Part shown: piece by piece, positions 26,330 to 38,544 of the stretch
How the letters are laid out: every line of letters starts with the position of its first letter
Numbering within the stretch: position 1 is the stretch's first letter
From: Octopus vulgaris
Taxonomy: Eukaryota
Length of the DNA stretch: 64,000 bases
Assembly: GCA_951406725.2 (NCBI GenBank)
Contig: OX597815.1
Location: 168,764,001-168,828,000, forward strand
Direction: 5' to 3'
Notes under the pieces: generated by a model
Told to the model about the DNA's origin: nothing
Seen by the model: the letters and a program-made list of their open reading frames with translations, nothing else
The model's database searches: none
Made by a program: the position numbers and the translations under genes

Positions 26330-26383
26330 CTCATCAACTGCACCAACCATACTAGGCAGCTCCTGCAACATATACATGAAAAC
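26330..26383 (-). CDS. Candidate exon 2 (54 nt) of an unidentified gene
   Basis: Strong acceptor ctgtcctcttttcag|G and donor GAG|gtaagt. Phase 2-2 reading (G)FSCICCRSCLVWLVQLM fits the candidate first exon; phase 0 VFMYMLQELPSMVGAVDE is also open. Confidence 0.55.
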
Positions 26384-27159
26384 CTGAAAAGAGGACAGTC
26401 GTTTATCTTACTCCTTTAGCATTTAAACTAGCCATATCAGGCCAAAATTTTCGAACTCTTTTATGTTCAAACTGCCAGATCTGGTCACTCTACAATGTAT
26501 GGACTGAAATGTGCTTATTTCTTGTTTTGAGATGTTTTTGATGTTTGAAGCATATATTTTAGTCGATTTCCCCTTAAATATTTGATTTTACAAAAGAAAG
26601 ACAAAAAAAGTGAAAACAAAAAAACAAAAAAGAAAAAGGAGAGAGAAAAAGAAAAAGAAAAAGAGGAGAAAAAAGAGAGTGATACATTGTTGTTTTTTCT
26701 CTTTCTTCTCTTTTTCTGTCTACAATGTTATTATGAAAATAAACAATCACAACATTAAAATCTCGAAGCTAAGATTTATTCAAAACAATTTGAATAAATA
26801 AACGTTACATTTGACAGATTAATGTAGATGTTAACGGGTTATTCACCTAGACAAGACATAACCGTAATGACACTACAGCCATCCCACTCAAAAAATGCCA
26901 ACTCTACAAATGCGAAGCCTTAGTCTCTGACTTCCTTCCACAATGACCACTCATCGTAGCAAAGCCAACAGCTCATCACAAGGCCAGGTTTTCTCTTCGG
27001 AGTCAGAAAACAGTTGTTCGACTAGTTAGATGAGTCTTGATTATAGTATAAAATTCCTCATTATAGTATGAAGTTTCCCCGGATGGTGTTTGATAAACAT
27101 GTATTTATACATCTGTACATCGCAATATTTACATGATTATACAAAATACATAAAACGTC

Positions 27160-27790
27160 GATCTGGCAGAATCGTTAGCATGCCGGGCGAAATGCTTAGC
27201 GATATTTCGTCCGTCCTTACGTTCTGAGTTCAAATTCTGTCGAGTCTTTATCATTCATCCTCCTGGGGTTGACACTGGAGTCGATGTTGTAGCGGCACAA
27301 GCAGTCAGCGCCATATTGGATGAGATCTCGCGGCAGCCATTGTCATCTCTGTGATTGGAGCGAGACCTCACTTGCATCCATTTGCCATGCGCGAGATCTC
27401 AACGAGGCTCACGATGGCAAACTGTATATAAGGGCAAGAACAAACAGATTCAGTCTTTTTCCTTTCCGCCTCTTAGCAGCAGCGCTTGCTGATCGCACTC
27501 CATTGGCTGGGCCTGTCTGTATGTTGTATCTCCAGAGACAATGTGGCCGCACTAACGGAGCTACTACACAACGCACACAGCTAAAGATGGTGGCTGAGAG
27601 CAGCACACTTCACCAATCATGTGAAACCTGTAAATAAACTAGTTGTAAATTGCATTTGTACTTGAAGTCTTTTCTCTTAGCCTGCCGGAGCCTGAACTAC
27701 ACGAAGAACAAAAAAGATAATGGAGGAAGGCGATATTCTCTCGATATCGTAAACCTTGCCATCCATTATAATGTAATCGACTTAACTACT
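27160..27790 (+). mobile_element. SINE family B interrupted by a solo LTR
   Basis: CTGGCAGAATCGTTAGC...GAGTTCAAATTC...CACTGGAGTCGATGT resumes as AATCGACTTAA after 27774. Confidence 0.8.
27288..27770 (+). mobile_element. Solo LTR (family 2, Gypsy-like), 4-bp TSD
   Basis: TSD ATGT (27284-27287, 27771-27774). Start TGTAGCGG, end CCATTATA (decayed CCGCTACA). TATATAA at about 27425 and AATAAA at about 27633. Confidence 0.85.
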
Positions 27791-28519
27791 CCGGGGTAAG
27801 AGAATAAAAACTGCATCCCTCTACCAAGCCATGTCGAGCCAGTGTGACAGAGTAAGCTCATCAAACCAGTATGACCTCGAACTCAAATTCATGACCTCCA
27901 CATCAAACAGTAGTTGCTAGAGAGAACATGCTGAGGCCTTAGTCGACTGCACAAAAGCAGTCCAATATAATTCAATGCTTGCCAGGGCTGTATTGCGGTC
28001 TACCAGCAACAAATAGAATGCATAGATGAATTAATAGATTCGTGCGAGAGGCGGGAAAGGGCGAAGTTTCAGAAAGGCTCACACACATAAACTGGATTTT
28101 CTCCGCTACTAAGTTTGGGATAAAAAGCAAACGAGAATAACAAAAATGTAGCGAAAACTGTCAATACAACCACGAAACAAGAAATTGATATGCAAAATAC
28201 AAAAAGAATGCGAGTAGATAGGTAAAAGCATGTTACCAAAAGTGAAAAGAAATAAAAGATTGTTCATATTCGAGATTCATATATGCCAAAGTGCAGTGTT
28301 TGTATTGTTTTTATATGTGGAAGGAACCCGTGAGATGCTGGGTGCGCTAAGTCATTTAAACTTATTTCTATATTCAACATGACCGTTGTGAGGTTGTACA
28401 AAAGAAAGTGATTGGCTGGAAGCAAGGCGCAGAAAAGTACGGTTGTATTCCCTCTGTGTGAAATTATCATCTGCAAAAGCATCTGCAGGAATTGACTGTA
28501 GCGTGTGAGTTTATCTGCA

Positions 28520-28812
28520 AGTGGGGGCGGGGGGAGGGTCTATAAAAAACATTACTTTGAACATGACTGTGTTGCAAGGATATGTGTCTGTGAACAAATG
28601 AAGTTTGCAGGGTAGGACAAAACTTTTTTTTAATAAAACAGACAATGAAATATAAACATATAGAGATCTTGAGTGTCCATGGGTGCAAAATAGTTTGGTT
28701 GCAATTTGTAGTGACGTCTGGTTCCAGATGCCATTTTGGGATTTTCATCCACGCATGCGCAGGGATTAGTCTTCCGGAAGGCCTGCCGGAAGCCCTTTAT
28801 GCGCATGCACAG
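28520..28812. promoter_or_regulatory. Promoter-like motif cluster
   Basis: GC box at 28524 next to TATAAAA at 28541, TGACGTC at 28712, NRF1-type CGCATGCGCA at 28752 and TGCGCATGCA at 28800, ETS-type CCGGAAG at 28774 and 28786. Lies in a CpG-rich, repeat-free patch. Confidence 0.55.
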
Positions 28813-28971
28813 TCATCAGCAGCAGCTAGGCTTGACCGCTATTCTCTCTCTTCGCTCCTGCTGCCGGCCGAGACGCACGCAACTAGAACCAGCACCGCAG
28901 AGCTGGCAGTCTGATGGCGAGCGATGTTGCGAGTCTGTGAATTCCTTCGTATTTTGTGTCTGACTACTCAC

Positions 28972-29120
28972 CCTGCTGTTTCCATCCCCCACCGCACCCC
29001 AGCGTCCAGGCTACCGATGTCCAGAGATGAAATGCTTATTTCGGCGAAATCAATTATTGTTATTTGTTCAGAGATTCTTGTTCCCGCTATTTTCCTTTCC
29101 ACGACTGTGTAGGCACCCAT
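28972..29120 (-). CDS. Candidate first coding exon of an unidentified gene
   Basis: Open frame MGAYTVVERK...GVRWGMETAG (second ATG at 28985) ending at consensus donor AGG|gtgagt, phase 2. The true start codon is uncertain. Confidence 0.45.
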
Positions 29121-29696
29121 CAAGTGCCAACCTCACTTCCTACAAATTCGTTTTGTGTTACCAGCTGAAGTTTGACTGTCTGATCCACGTTTGCCTAACA
29201 AACTGGTCGGCATTCGAAGTTGCCGACTGGAAATGAATCGTAATATCGATGACGGCATCGGAGGTACGAAGGTATTAGCGGGTTGAGCGGTGTGCTTTGT
29301 AAAGAAGCATGTCGCATTGTAAACTGCAATGACGGAAGAAATAAAAAGAAGAAAAAGGAGAGAAAAAATAGAAAAAGAGCATTTATTGCTTTGAAGTTTG
29401 CTGAACGGTTGAATTCCGCTGCTGAATTCAGCAGTTTGTAGTGGTTGATTGTCGAGTGTTTAGTTGATATCTTCTTTGTTATTTTGGTTGCTAATTCGAG
29501 CGTCGGACTGGTCGTCAGTTTACTGACGTTGGTCACGTACGTGGCTTAATTTTACTGCCATTTCTGGGAAAATTTATTGAAAATTATAAACATGATTTAA
29601 AAAAAAAGAACCGAGAACAGAAAATTTTTAATTAAATAAACGAAGGAGCTGTTTCACCTCATTAAACTTGAATACACTGAAGCATATTTTGTTTAA

Positions 29697-29900
<204 letters not shown>

Positions 29901-29902
29901 TA

Positions 29903-30119
29903 CAAGGGGGTGCTGAAAAGTTCCAAGCTTTAAGGCTATCGTGAAAGGCCTGGTTTTGAAGCCTAACTTTCCGAGTTCTTTAACAGGGTTTGGAAAAACT
30001 GAAGGACCTCTGTAATAAGTGTTTGAATCTGTGAAGGGAATATGTTGGATAAAATCATAATTCACTGATCTTTCTGTATTTTCTTTTACTCAAAGCCGGG
30101 AACTTTTCACCACCCTTTC
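29903..30119. mobile_element. mariner-type MITE
   Basis: TA|CAAGGGGGTGCTGAAAAGTTCC ... GGAACTTTTCACCACCCTT inverted termini; right end degraded. Confidence 0.65.
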
Positions 30120-30544
30120 TCCGCGCACGTGTGTGTTCTTGTAGGATGGATTTCAGGAAATAAACCCCCAGTATTTGGTGGCAATACGTATTTCAGGTCT
30201 GTTGCAGTTTTGGACTGTTCAAATTCCAAAGAAAGTTGTCTCCATAGTAAACGTCTTTTGGCTCACATGACGATTTGCATATCGGTGTTTCATGACCTGT
30301 TTGTCAACTACACCAAGAGAACATGGGCAAAAAGAACATGTAGAATGCCGAACGCTATACCTTGTTCCAGGTCTGTGCATTCTGAGTTTAAATCTCACTC
30401 CATCACCCCACCTGCCTGCCAAAAAAAAACCCCAAAAAATAGTAGACATTGACGCTTCTGTCGGGGCTTGTACCAACAGATAATACATACAATCATCTGG
30501 AAAAAAAAACAAGGAAAACTTGGTGTAGAGTTTTTTCCGTTTTA

Positions 30545-30602
<58 letters not shown>

Positions 30603-30719
30603 CGTGCGCGCGATAAGAAGAACGACTGCTACAACATGCCATATAAGAGATATGCAAATCTTGGTTTGTTGGGAACTGAAGTTTCGCCAATATTCCAGTA
30701 TTTCACTCATAATTATGAT

Positions 30720-31172
30720 AATGGTTTCAAATTTTGGCACAAAGCCGGCAATTTTAAGAGGGAGAAAGTAAGTCAATTACATCGACCCTTGTCAGTGTTC
30801 AACTGGTACTTATTTTATCAATCCAGAAAATTTAGAAGGCAAAATCGACCTCGGCGAAATTTTAATCCAAAACAGAGAGCTGGAAGAAATGTCGCCAAGT
30901 ATTTTGTCTGAGTCGCTAGCGATTCTACCAGCTCGCCGCCTTACTAACAATTATAATAATATCAAAGGCGGCAAACAAGCAAATTCGTTCATGCTGGGTA
31001 AAATAGCAGCATTTTTCCTGGCTCTTTAGGTTCTGAGTTCAAATTCCACCGAGGTCAATTTTACCTTACATCTTTTCGGAGTCGATAAAATAATGTACCA
31101 GTTGAGCACTGAATTCGATGTAATCGATTTGACCCCCTCAAAACTGCTGGCCTTGATCTAAAATTAGAAAGA
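30720..31172. mobile_element. Two divergently oriented SINE family B copies
   Basis: Minus copy at about 30720-30940 (ends CCAGCTCGCCGCC) and plus copy at about 30966-31172. Confidence 0.75.
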
Positions 31173-31720
31173 ATTATAATAATGACTATAAAAGATATAT
31201 TAAAATTAGTCATTAAAAAAAAAGTCAAAGAAGTTTTAAAAAGAAATAAAGTAAGAAAACTGTGAATTTATCTCCGTGACCTCACAGTAAAATGACAAAA
31301 AGAATTATGTTAACAAAGACAAACTGATAACCTTATTTGATATGAATAAACAGTTGAGTGGAGATAAAAACTATCTCATGTGTGATTTTACTGTTGTAAG
31401 AAAAAGTGTTTTGCTACAGTATTTTGTCTACATCAAAATTATGTGTGATGACTGAATATTCTTTTGTGGGATGGAGGTCACAGGGAAAAAGGGATTTTCT
31501 ATTGCATCCTAGACGGTGAGATTAATATAATTCATAACTTGGTTTGAACATCTGCTGCGGGAGAAAAAAAACCTTGGGAGGGAATACTAAAAGGTTGAAG
31601 CTCGTGTGAAGAACGATTGGGCGTGGTATTTAGTGCGGGACTGGAAAGGTGAGACAGTGCAGGACGATGGAAAAAAGAGAAGTGGGCGTGCAAACAGCTA
31701 GTTCAGTGGAAAAGAAACTA

Positions 31721-31776
<56 letters not shown>

Positions 31777-32032
31777 ATTAGATATGTACATATATATACA
31801 AGGGTATATATATATATATAGGGTATATATATATATGAGTACATGTATCGCTAAAAAATAGAAGTCAAAAATACTTCTGTACCACCGAATAGTCACAAAT
31901 CTATTACAGACATGATAGGAAAAAATATCACTTCTACCTTCGTTGTTACCTGTGTAATTAGAGACATACCAGCGTAAACCACGAATTTCCCATTGTCATT
32001 ATATCTATTTTCTTATATATATATATATATAT

Positions 32033-32164
32033 ATACAAATAATAAGAGAGAGTCCACCATGTGGTCACTCTAACGCTAGATATAGATCCGCAAAGGATTC
32101 CCTTTGCAGATCTATATCTAGTGTTAGAGTGACCACATGGTGGACTCTCTCTTATTATTTGTAT
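32033..32164. repeat. Near-perfect 132-bp palindrome
   Basis: Arms of about 64 bp (ATACAAATAATAAGAGAGAGTCCACCATGTGGTCACTCTAAC...) with a loop of about 4 nt, in a unit bounded by (TA)n tracts. Confidence 0.9.
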
Positions 32165-32264
32165 TGATAATTTTTATTGTATCCCAGTCTTTTTATACGC
32201 TAGGCCACTTGGTGTTTTGAATTGATGTTATTAATTAATATTCAATTTTTCACCCTTATTATGA

Positions 32265-32313
<49 letters not shown>

Positions 32314-32917
32314 AAAATAGCATATAGAGAGAGCAGTTTATTTGTGAACTAGTGCTTATAGACATTTGGTGAATAACTCTTTGCCAATTATCTTAATGAT
32401 TTTCATTTGGATGACATCTTTCAATTTTGTGCATGTGAGCTGAACGTCAATGGGTGTCTTAGTCTTTGTAAAAGCTAAGCGACTGATCAAGGATAAAGTA
32501 TTTTCTGACACTGAGGAAGTAGACTAGTACATGAGGATGAAATTCTAGTGATGTTACATCTGCAAGATCGCCGTGGGAGACTGGGGTTTAACATTTGTAG
32601 TGACTAAAAATTGGGAAGTCCTTGGATATATGATTAAGCCAAGACATGAGAGACTATAGATGCAGCTAATAAATTGGCAACCTATGCCAGATACGGTCAA
32701 AACTTAACTAATGAAAATGATATTGCATCTGCCGATGGTGAGATGCCACTAATAAATTACATATAACGGCAATTTTCTTTTAGATTTGGCTCTGAAAAAG
32801 TTATACTGGTGGACAACAGAGAGAAAGATTACTATTAACAACTGTTTTCATCATCAAATTTTGAAACACTGAAAATGAGAACGACACGTTTGTAGTCAGA
32901 AAAGGGAAGAGAGTGGA

Positions 32918-33078
32918 ATTTCGTCCGTCTTTACTGTCTGAGTTCAAATTCCGCCGAGGTCGACTTTGCTTTCATCCTTTCATGGTCGATAAAATGAGTA
33001 CGAGTTGAGTACTGGGGTAAATATAATCGACTACCCCTCCCCCGTGTTTGCTGGTCTTCTGCCAAAATTTGAAACTAA
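32918..33078 (+). mobile_element. SINE family B, 5'-truncated
   Basis: B box and core GAGTTCAAATTCCGCCGAGGTCGACTTTGC. Confidence 0.8.
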
Positions 33079-33259
33079 TGTAAATTATGACTATGGTTTA
33101 TATAAAATCAATTTGAACTCTCTGAACTTACAAGAGCAATAAAATATGAGGTCTTTTTCGACTTATCTGTCCTGTTGTATTTCCAAATGAAGGTGTTACT
33201 TTTAGGTATATATTTTCAGGTATACATATTGTATATATTTTCAGGTATTATATATTATA

Positions 33260-33612
33260 TCTATAAAAGGCAGGGGGTGCGTGTGTGTGTGTGTATACGT
33301 GATTGTAATTTATGTACATCCACAAATTAGCACGCATGTCGCTCAATACGTGATTGTAATTTATGTACATCCACAAATTAGCACGCATGTCGCTCAAATT
33401 TTAGGAGGACATTCGTCAACATCCTATCTGGGTTTTGTCAACTTATTTTTTTCCCGAGGCACCCACGGATAGTGTAAAATTCTATTTTCAACCATAGCTT
33501 TTAGCCATAAAAAATATCAGCCATTGCTTTTTTGACGGCGTCTAACAAAAAAAAATAAGATAAAGAAATGTAGAAGAGGGGTAGAGAGTTTCACGGGAAA
33601 GACAAAGTGAGG

Positions 33613-33673
<61 letters not shown>

Positions 33674-33906
33674 AGTGATGACGTTCATAAAAGATAAAAA
33701 GTAAAATGCTTTGTTGTTTGTTTTTGAAAGATACTATATTTTATAATCATAGTATATATACTTTCACACACAACAATTACAATATATTTATTTTAAATCA
33801 TTTATTTATTTTGAATCGTTCATCTTTCTTCCCCTCTCTCTCTATTTATATTATATATATATAATATATATAATATATATAATATATATATTATATAATA
33901 TATATA

Positions 33907-33967
<61 letters not shown>

Positions 33968-34090
33968 ACTAATTTCAACGGATTTCGCCCAAATTTGACG
34001 TCTATATTACTTAGTTTGGTTTGAAATAAAGAACTTGATGAGCTTAATAATCGTAACTTAATCCCGGGCAAGGCCGGGTTATACTGCTAG
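33260..34090 (+). mobile_element. Non-autonomous Helitron
   Basis: A|TC start, 3' hairpin CCCGGGCAAGGCCGGG (34063-34078) then CTAG|T, no TSD. Internal 51-bp tandem duplication (33297-33398), (GA)n and (TA)n. The 5' end is less certain. Confidence 0.7.
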
Positions 34091-34099
34091 TATATATTA

Positions 34100-34272
34100 A
34101 GGCGGCGAGCTGGCAGAAACGTTAGCGCACCGGGCGAAATGCTTAGTGGTATTTCGTCTGCCACTACGTTCTGAATTCAAATTCCGCAGAGGTCGACTTT
34201 GCCTTTCATCTTTTCGGGGTCGATTAAATAAGTACCAGTTACGCACTGGGGTCGATATATCGATTTAATCCG
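34100..34272 (+). mobile_element. SINE family B, 3'-truncated
   Basis: Head and core match family B. Confidence 0.88.
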
Positions 34273-34610
34273 ATCATAGTATATATGATCGAAAATATAA
34301 TTTCAAAGTGTTCATGATGTCATAGTGAGGATTTGATTGAAGACTTTACAATTAGCAGGAGAAAATTTTTGAAATATAAATTGGAAGCATAAAATGATAA
34401 AAATAAACATTTTCTCCCATCTTACTCTTAGTTTTGTTTCATTTTGAAAAACAAAAATAATCATTTTATGGCTTATTATTGTTTAAATTTTCAATTACAT
34501 ACATATGGTGACACCAAAATCTTTTAAGTGCTAAGGACCTCAATGGGTCTCAATCCGGCCCTGGGTACACCTCCGAAATTTTGATGGCTTCAGCCAGGCT
34601 AAAAAAAAAA

Positions 34611-34930
34611 GGATCTTTTCGGTTTGAACGGCAGTTTTTTTAAATCATTTCCACGTAACTAAAAAGTTTTAAAGTTCATATACTGGTAGAATGCGTTTAT
34701 AAAACATCTTTTTCTCTTGGCTTTATTGAGAAAATTCTATAGTTTGTAAGATATTTGTTGTTGTTTTTCTTCAATTTCTGCAATTTCAACCAATCAATGA
34801 CGTCTATTGTGGTGAAAAAAGATACCCTTCCCCCCACCCCTAACCCTAAAACAGATTGAAATGCAATAGATCGATACTAGGGTCATAATTATGGGTAACA
34901 ATTTCATATGACACCGCTAGAAAAAACTGC
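34611..34930 (+). mobile_element. Merlin-like MITE monomer, internally deleted
   Basis: Perfect TIR GGATCTTTTCGGTTTGAACGGCAGTTTTTT. Same body as 35456-35893 with an internal deletion. TSD obscured by an A-run. Confidence 0.85.
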
Positions 34931-35455
34931 CGTTCAAACCGAAAAGATCCTGAAAAAATTCTGAGACAAACTGTTACTTGTTGCCTTTTAATTTGGTATT
35001 GATAAGCAAATGTTGTTAATAAAGATTATTTTATACGAAACTATCTCACGTGCAACTTACATTTTAAGGTCCTAAACACCTTTCTAGATGTTTGCGTATT
35101 GGCATTGTTGTTTGCTAGAAATAGCAACGAATTCTTCCTTAAACAACATTCCAATGTCTTAAAGAAAGAAGAATAGGAAATGTGGTTATAGATATACACA
35201 AAAGATGGGGAACTTTATAATTGAAACGTCCTTGATCATAGATTTTTCAGTCATAGTTGACCTGGAACTACACTGTAGAAGTGATAGATTTTAAATTATA
35301 AATAGTACAATAAAGCTTTAAGAACTAATTTTTAGTTGTTTTTAAGAGTGTAACTCAACTTTACTCTGTTTGGTTTACTCAAGCAACAAATTTTCACAAT
35401 AAATCTTTCACTCTGAGTTTTACCTTAAAACTGCTTTTTAAATAGCAAACGCAGA

Positions 35456-35893
35456 GGATCTTTTCGGTTTGACCAGCAGTTTTTAAAAATAATTTCCACG
35501 TAACTAAACACTTTTAAACTTCATATACTGGTAGAATGCGTTTATAAAACAGCTTTTTCTCTTGGCTTTATTGAGAAAATTTTATAGTTTGTAAGATATT
35601 TGTTGTTGCTTTTCTTCAATTTCTGCAATTTTAACCAATCAATGACGTCTATTGAGGTGAAAACATTCTGTGCCATATGAATACGTCCCTCGTTTAAGAA
35701 ACAGATTGAGTTTATTTACATTTCTGAAGAAAAAAAGATACCCTTCCCCCACCCCTAACCCTAACTAACCCTAACTCTAACCCTAACCCCAAAACAGATT
35801 GAAATGCAATAGATCGATACTAGGGTCATAATTATGGGTGACAATTTCATATGACACCGCTAGAAAAAACTGCCGTTCAAACCGAAAAGGTCC
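35456..35893 (+). mobile_element. Merlin-like MITE monomer, 8-bp TSD
   Basis: TSD AACGCAGA (35448-35455, 35894-35901), GG...CC TIRs of about 28 bp, internal (CCCTAA)n at about 35753-35788. Confidence 0.9.
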
Positions 35894-36554
35894 AACGCAG
35901 AGGGAACAACGAATTGAAGACGGAGAAAATGACTCGTGATACTTCTTCTGATTCTTTATGTTCTGAGTAATAACAACCATTGGTATTAGTACCCCAGTAT
36001 GGCCACGACTAATAGGTTAACATCAACTCCTCCTGATCTTTGGATGTAATTATCCACAGTGAATAATTATTACTAACTGTCAAAGTAAAGCTTTTCTTCA
36101 GTTAATCTACTGTCACGTTAATGTGATACCATAACCTTAGCTTAAATTCTCAGCACGTAGTCCCTAAAGTTTAAAGCGATTATGCGTGATGTAATATAAA
36201 AATACAAGTCATAAATTCCATTTAAACACTTATCTGTTTCATAGTTTATCTCTAATTCATGACAATAAATATGTAAGAAGCATGTAACAATATGTGAAAG
36301 CAAACCTATAGACATATATACACATACATTATTTGAGTATTACATGTGCATAAAAAAAAAGCATTCGTGAGGTAAAATCATGTAGCAAACCAAATGGCGG
36401 TGCCCCAGCATGGCCACAGCTCATGAGCTGAAACTGGAAAAATCAAAATAAAAAATCATATACATGCACACACACACATGCACATACATATATACACGCA
36501 CACATACACATACATGTATGTATGTATGTATATGTGTGTATATATATATATATA

Positions 36555-36742
36555 CGCCATGATAGATCGTTAGCCACTACACACATTTTTTCTCTCCTTG
36601 TTTTTTCTGTGTCCCTTTCTGTTGAAGAGCGTAGGCTCGAAACGTAAAAGCCTTTTTCTATTCCTGAGCGCTATACAAATACAACTGTTTGTTTTGTACA
36701 CCACCTGTCTTCGTCTTTTGTTTTTTTCGTAAACTCTCCCTA
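36555..36742 (+). mobile_element. Short pLTR-like repeat with hammerhead-like core
   Basis: TTGAAGAGCGTAGGCTCGAAACGTAAAAG. Related copies at about 10795-10960 (+), 45725-45930 (-) and 59758-59925 (-), mostly embedded in (TA)n. Confidence 0.6.
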
Positions 36743-36746
36743 TATA

Positions 36747-36811
<65 letters not shown>

Positions 36812-38544
36812 ACAAAGTGTATGTACGCCGCTATTTATATATATAATAAAATGCAAAATGGGACAAGAACGCAAAACATCCGGACAACTAGGTGATCCAA
36901 AAAGGGACAACAAAACATCCAGATAGACGATACAAAAAAAAACAAGGACCGGTCATTCGAAGCCTTTTATCTTCAGTCAAGAACCGGATCATCCTCGCAA
37001 TTTCGGCTGATTAATCTTGAGATTGCTCCAATCTGGCCAGCCCCGAGGAAAAACTAAGCTAAGAGCATTAGATTCCTTGGGAAAAAGCATCGAATGTATA
37101 CGAAAACAAGGACGGAAAAACAGACGATGTTACACGAATATAAATACGAAAATACAATAAAAATAACAATAATAATAATAACAGGACATAACAACAGGCG
37201 TCTTTCGACTGGGGACGAATTGAATTCAGCTGGCGTGTGTGGAAATGAAGCCTTACGGCAGAGGAAAGAATGTCGATGTGGCAGTGACCATGGTCAGACG
37301 CAATAATATATTTATATATATATATTATTGTGTCTGGAGAGACTCATTCTCCTTTAGTGCCTTATTATTTAACACACTCACCGGTTCGATTTCCACTCAT
37401 TTACTTCTTTATTTTTTCTAAAATTGTCGTTGCGTCTTGCAACCTTTTCAATAGTCGTTGACTCTGCCCGTTATCAGAGGTGCGTTCTTTTTGTTTGTTT
37501 GTTTGCTTGTTTATTTGTTTGTTTGTTTGTGCGCATGTGTATGGGTCAGTGTGCATATGTATACACATATGTATGTATGTATGTACGTATGTATGTATGT
37601 GTATGCATGTATGTGTATGTGTGTGTATATATATATGCATATATATATATACAGTCGCCCGGCGTTGCTCGGGTTGTAAGAAATAATTATATAAGCATTT
37701 TAGAGATGTAAAGTATATAGCCATCTCAATATGTAACCCGGAGGGGTGTTACTGTAGCTACGTATTTATATAAATTTAGAGAGTTACTTTATATATGTCA
37801 AATATTAAATGAAAATGATGGTATTTTTTTAAATCGAGATCATCGTACGGCTAATAAACGGTCTCGATATGAATCACGACTATAAGATACCCTTTTGGTT
37901 AAACTACCGAAAATGTGGAGTAGTTAGGACATATATATGTATCTTACTGTTTTAAAATATACATACATATATATATATATATATATAAATGTATAAATAG
38001 TTAAGAGATGTGCTGAAGTGACTGATCTGAGACGTGCTGGAACGAAACAGTTGCGCTGAAGGTGTTTATAGATTTAAGAACCACTCGTAGTTCATCAAAT
38101 TTAAATTTAATTGTCAAAATATTTCGCGCGAGACCGACTTAGACGATATTTTTGTCAGTGAACAGGTCGCGGTCTCAAAGCAGAAAATATTTTGGCAAAT
38201 GAAATTTAAATGTTAATAATGTATTTTTGTGTTTTTAAATTATTCCATATATATATATCACACATATATATATGTATGTATGCATGTTGTGTGTGTGTGT
38301 GTGTGTGTTGTGATTGTCCTCCACCACTGTGACAACGAATGTTGTTTTACATCCCTGTCACTAGTGGCAGATAGAATAAGTACAATGCTTACAAAAATAA
38401 ACTGAGTTGATCATTAAACTAAATTCTTCAGATTGCCCCAGCATGGCCACAGACCAATGGCTGGAAAAGCAGAAGAATAAGAATACATTCTCTGCTTGCT
38501 GTTCAAGGCATAAGAAAGCTTGAGTTTATGAGAAGGCCTACGAC

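Noticed and set aside
32660-32737. Plus-strand exon candidate ending ...GCCGATG|gtgag
   Set aside because: The acceptor lacks a pyrimidine tract and the peptide is unrecognisable.
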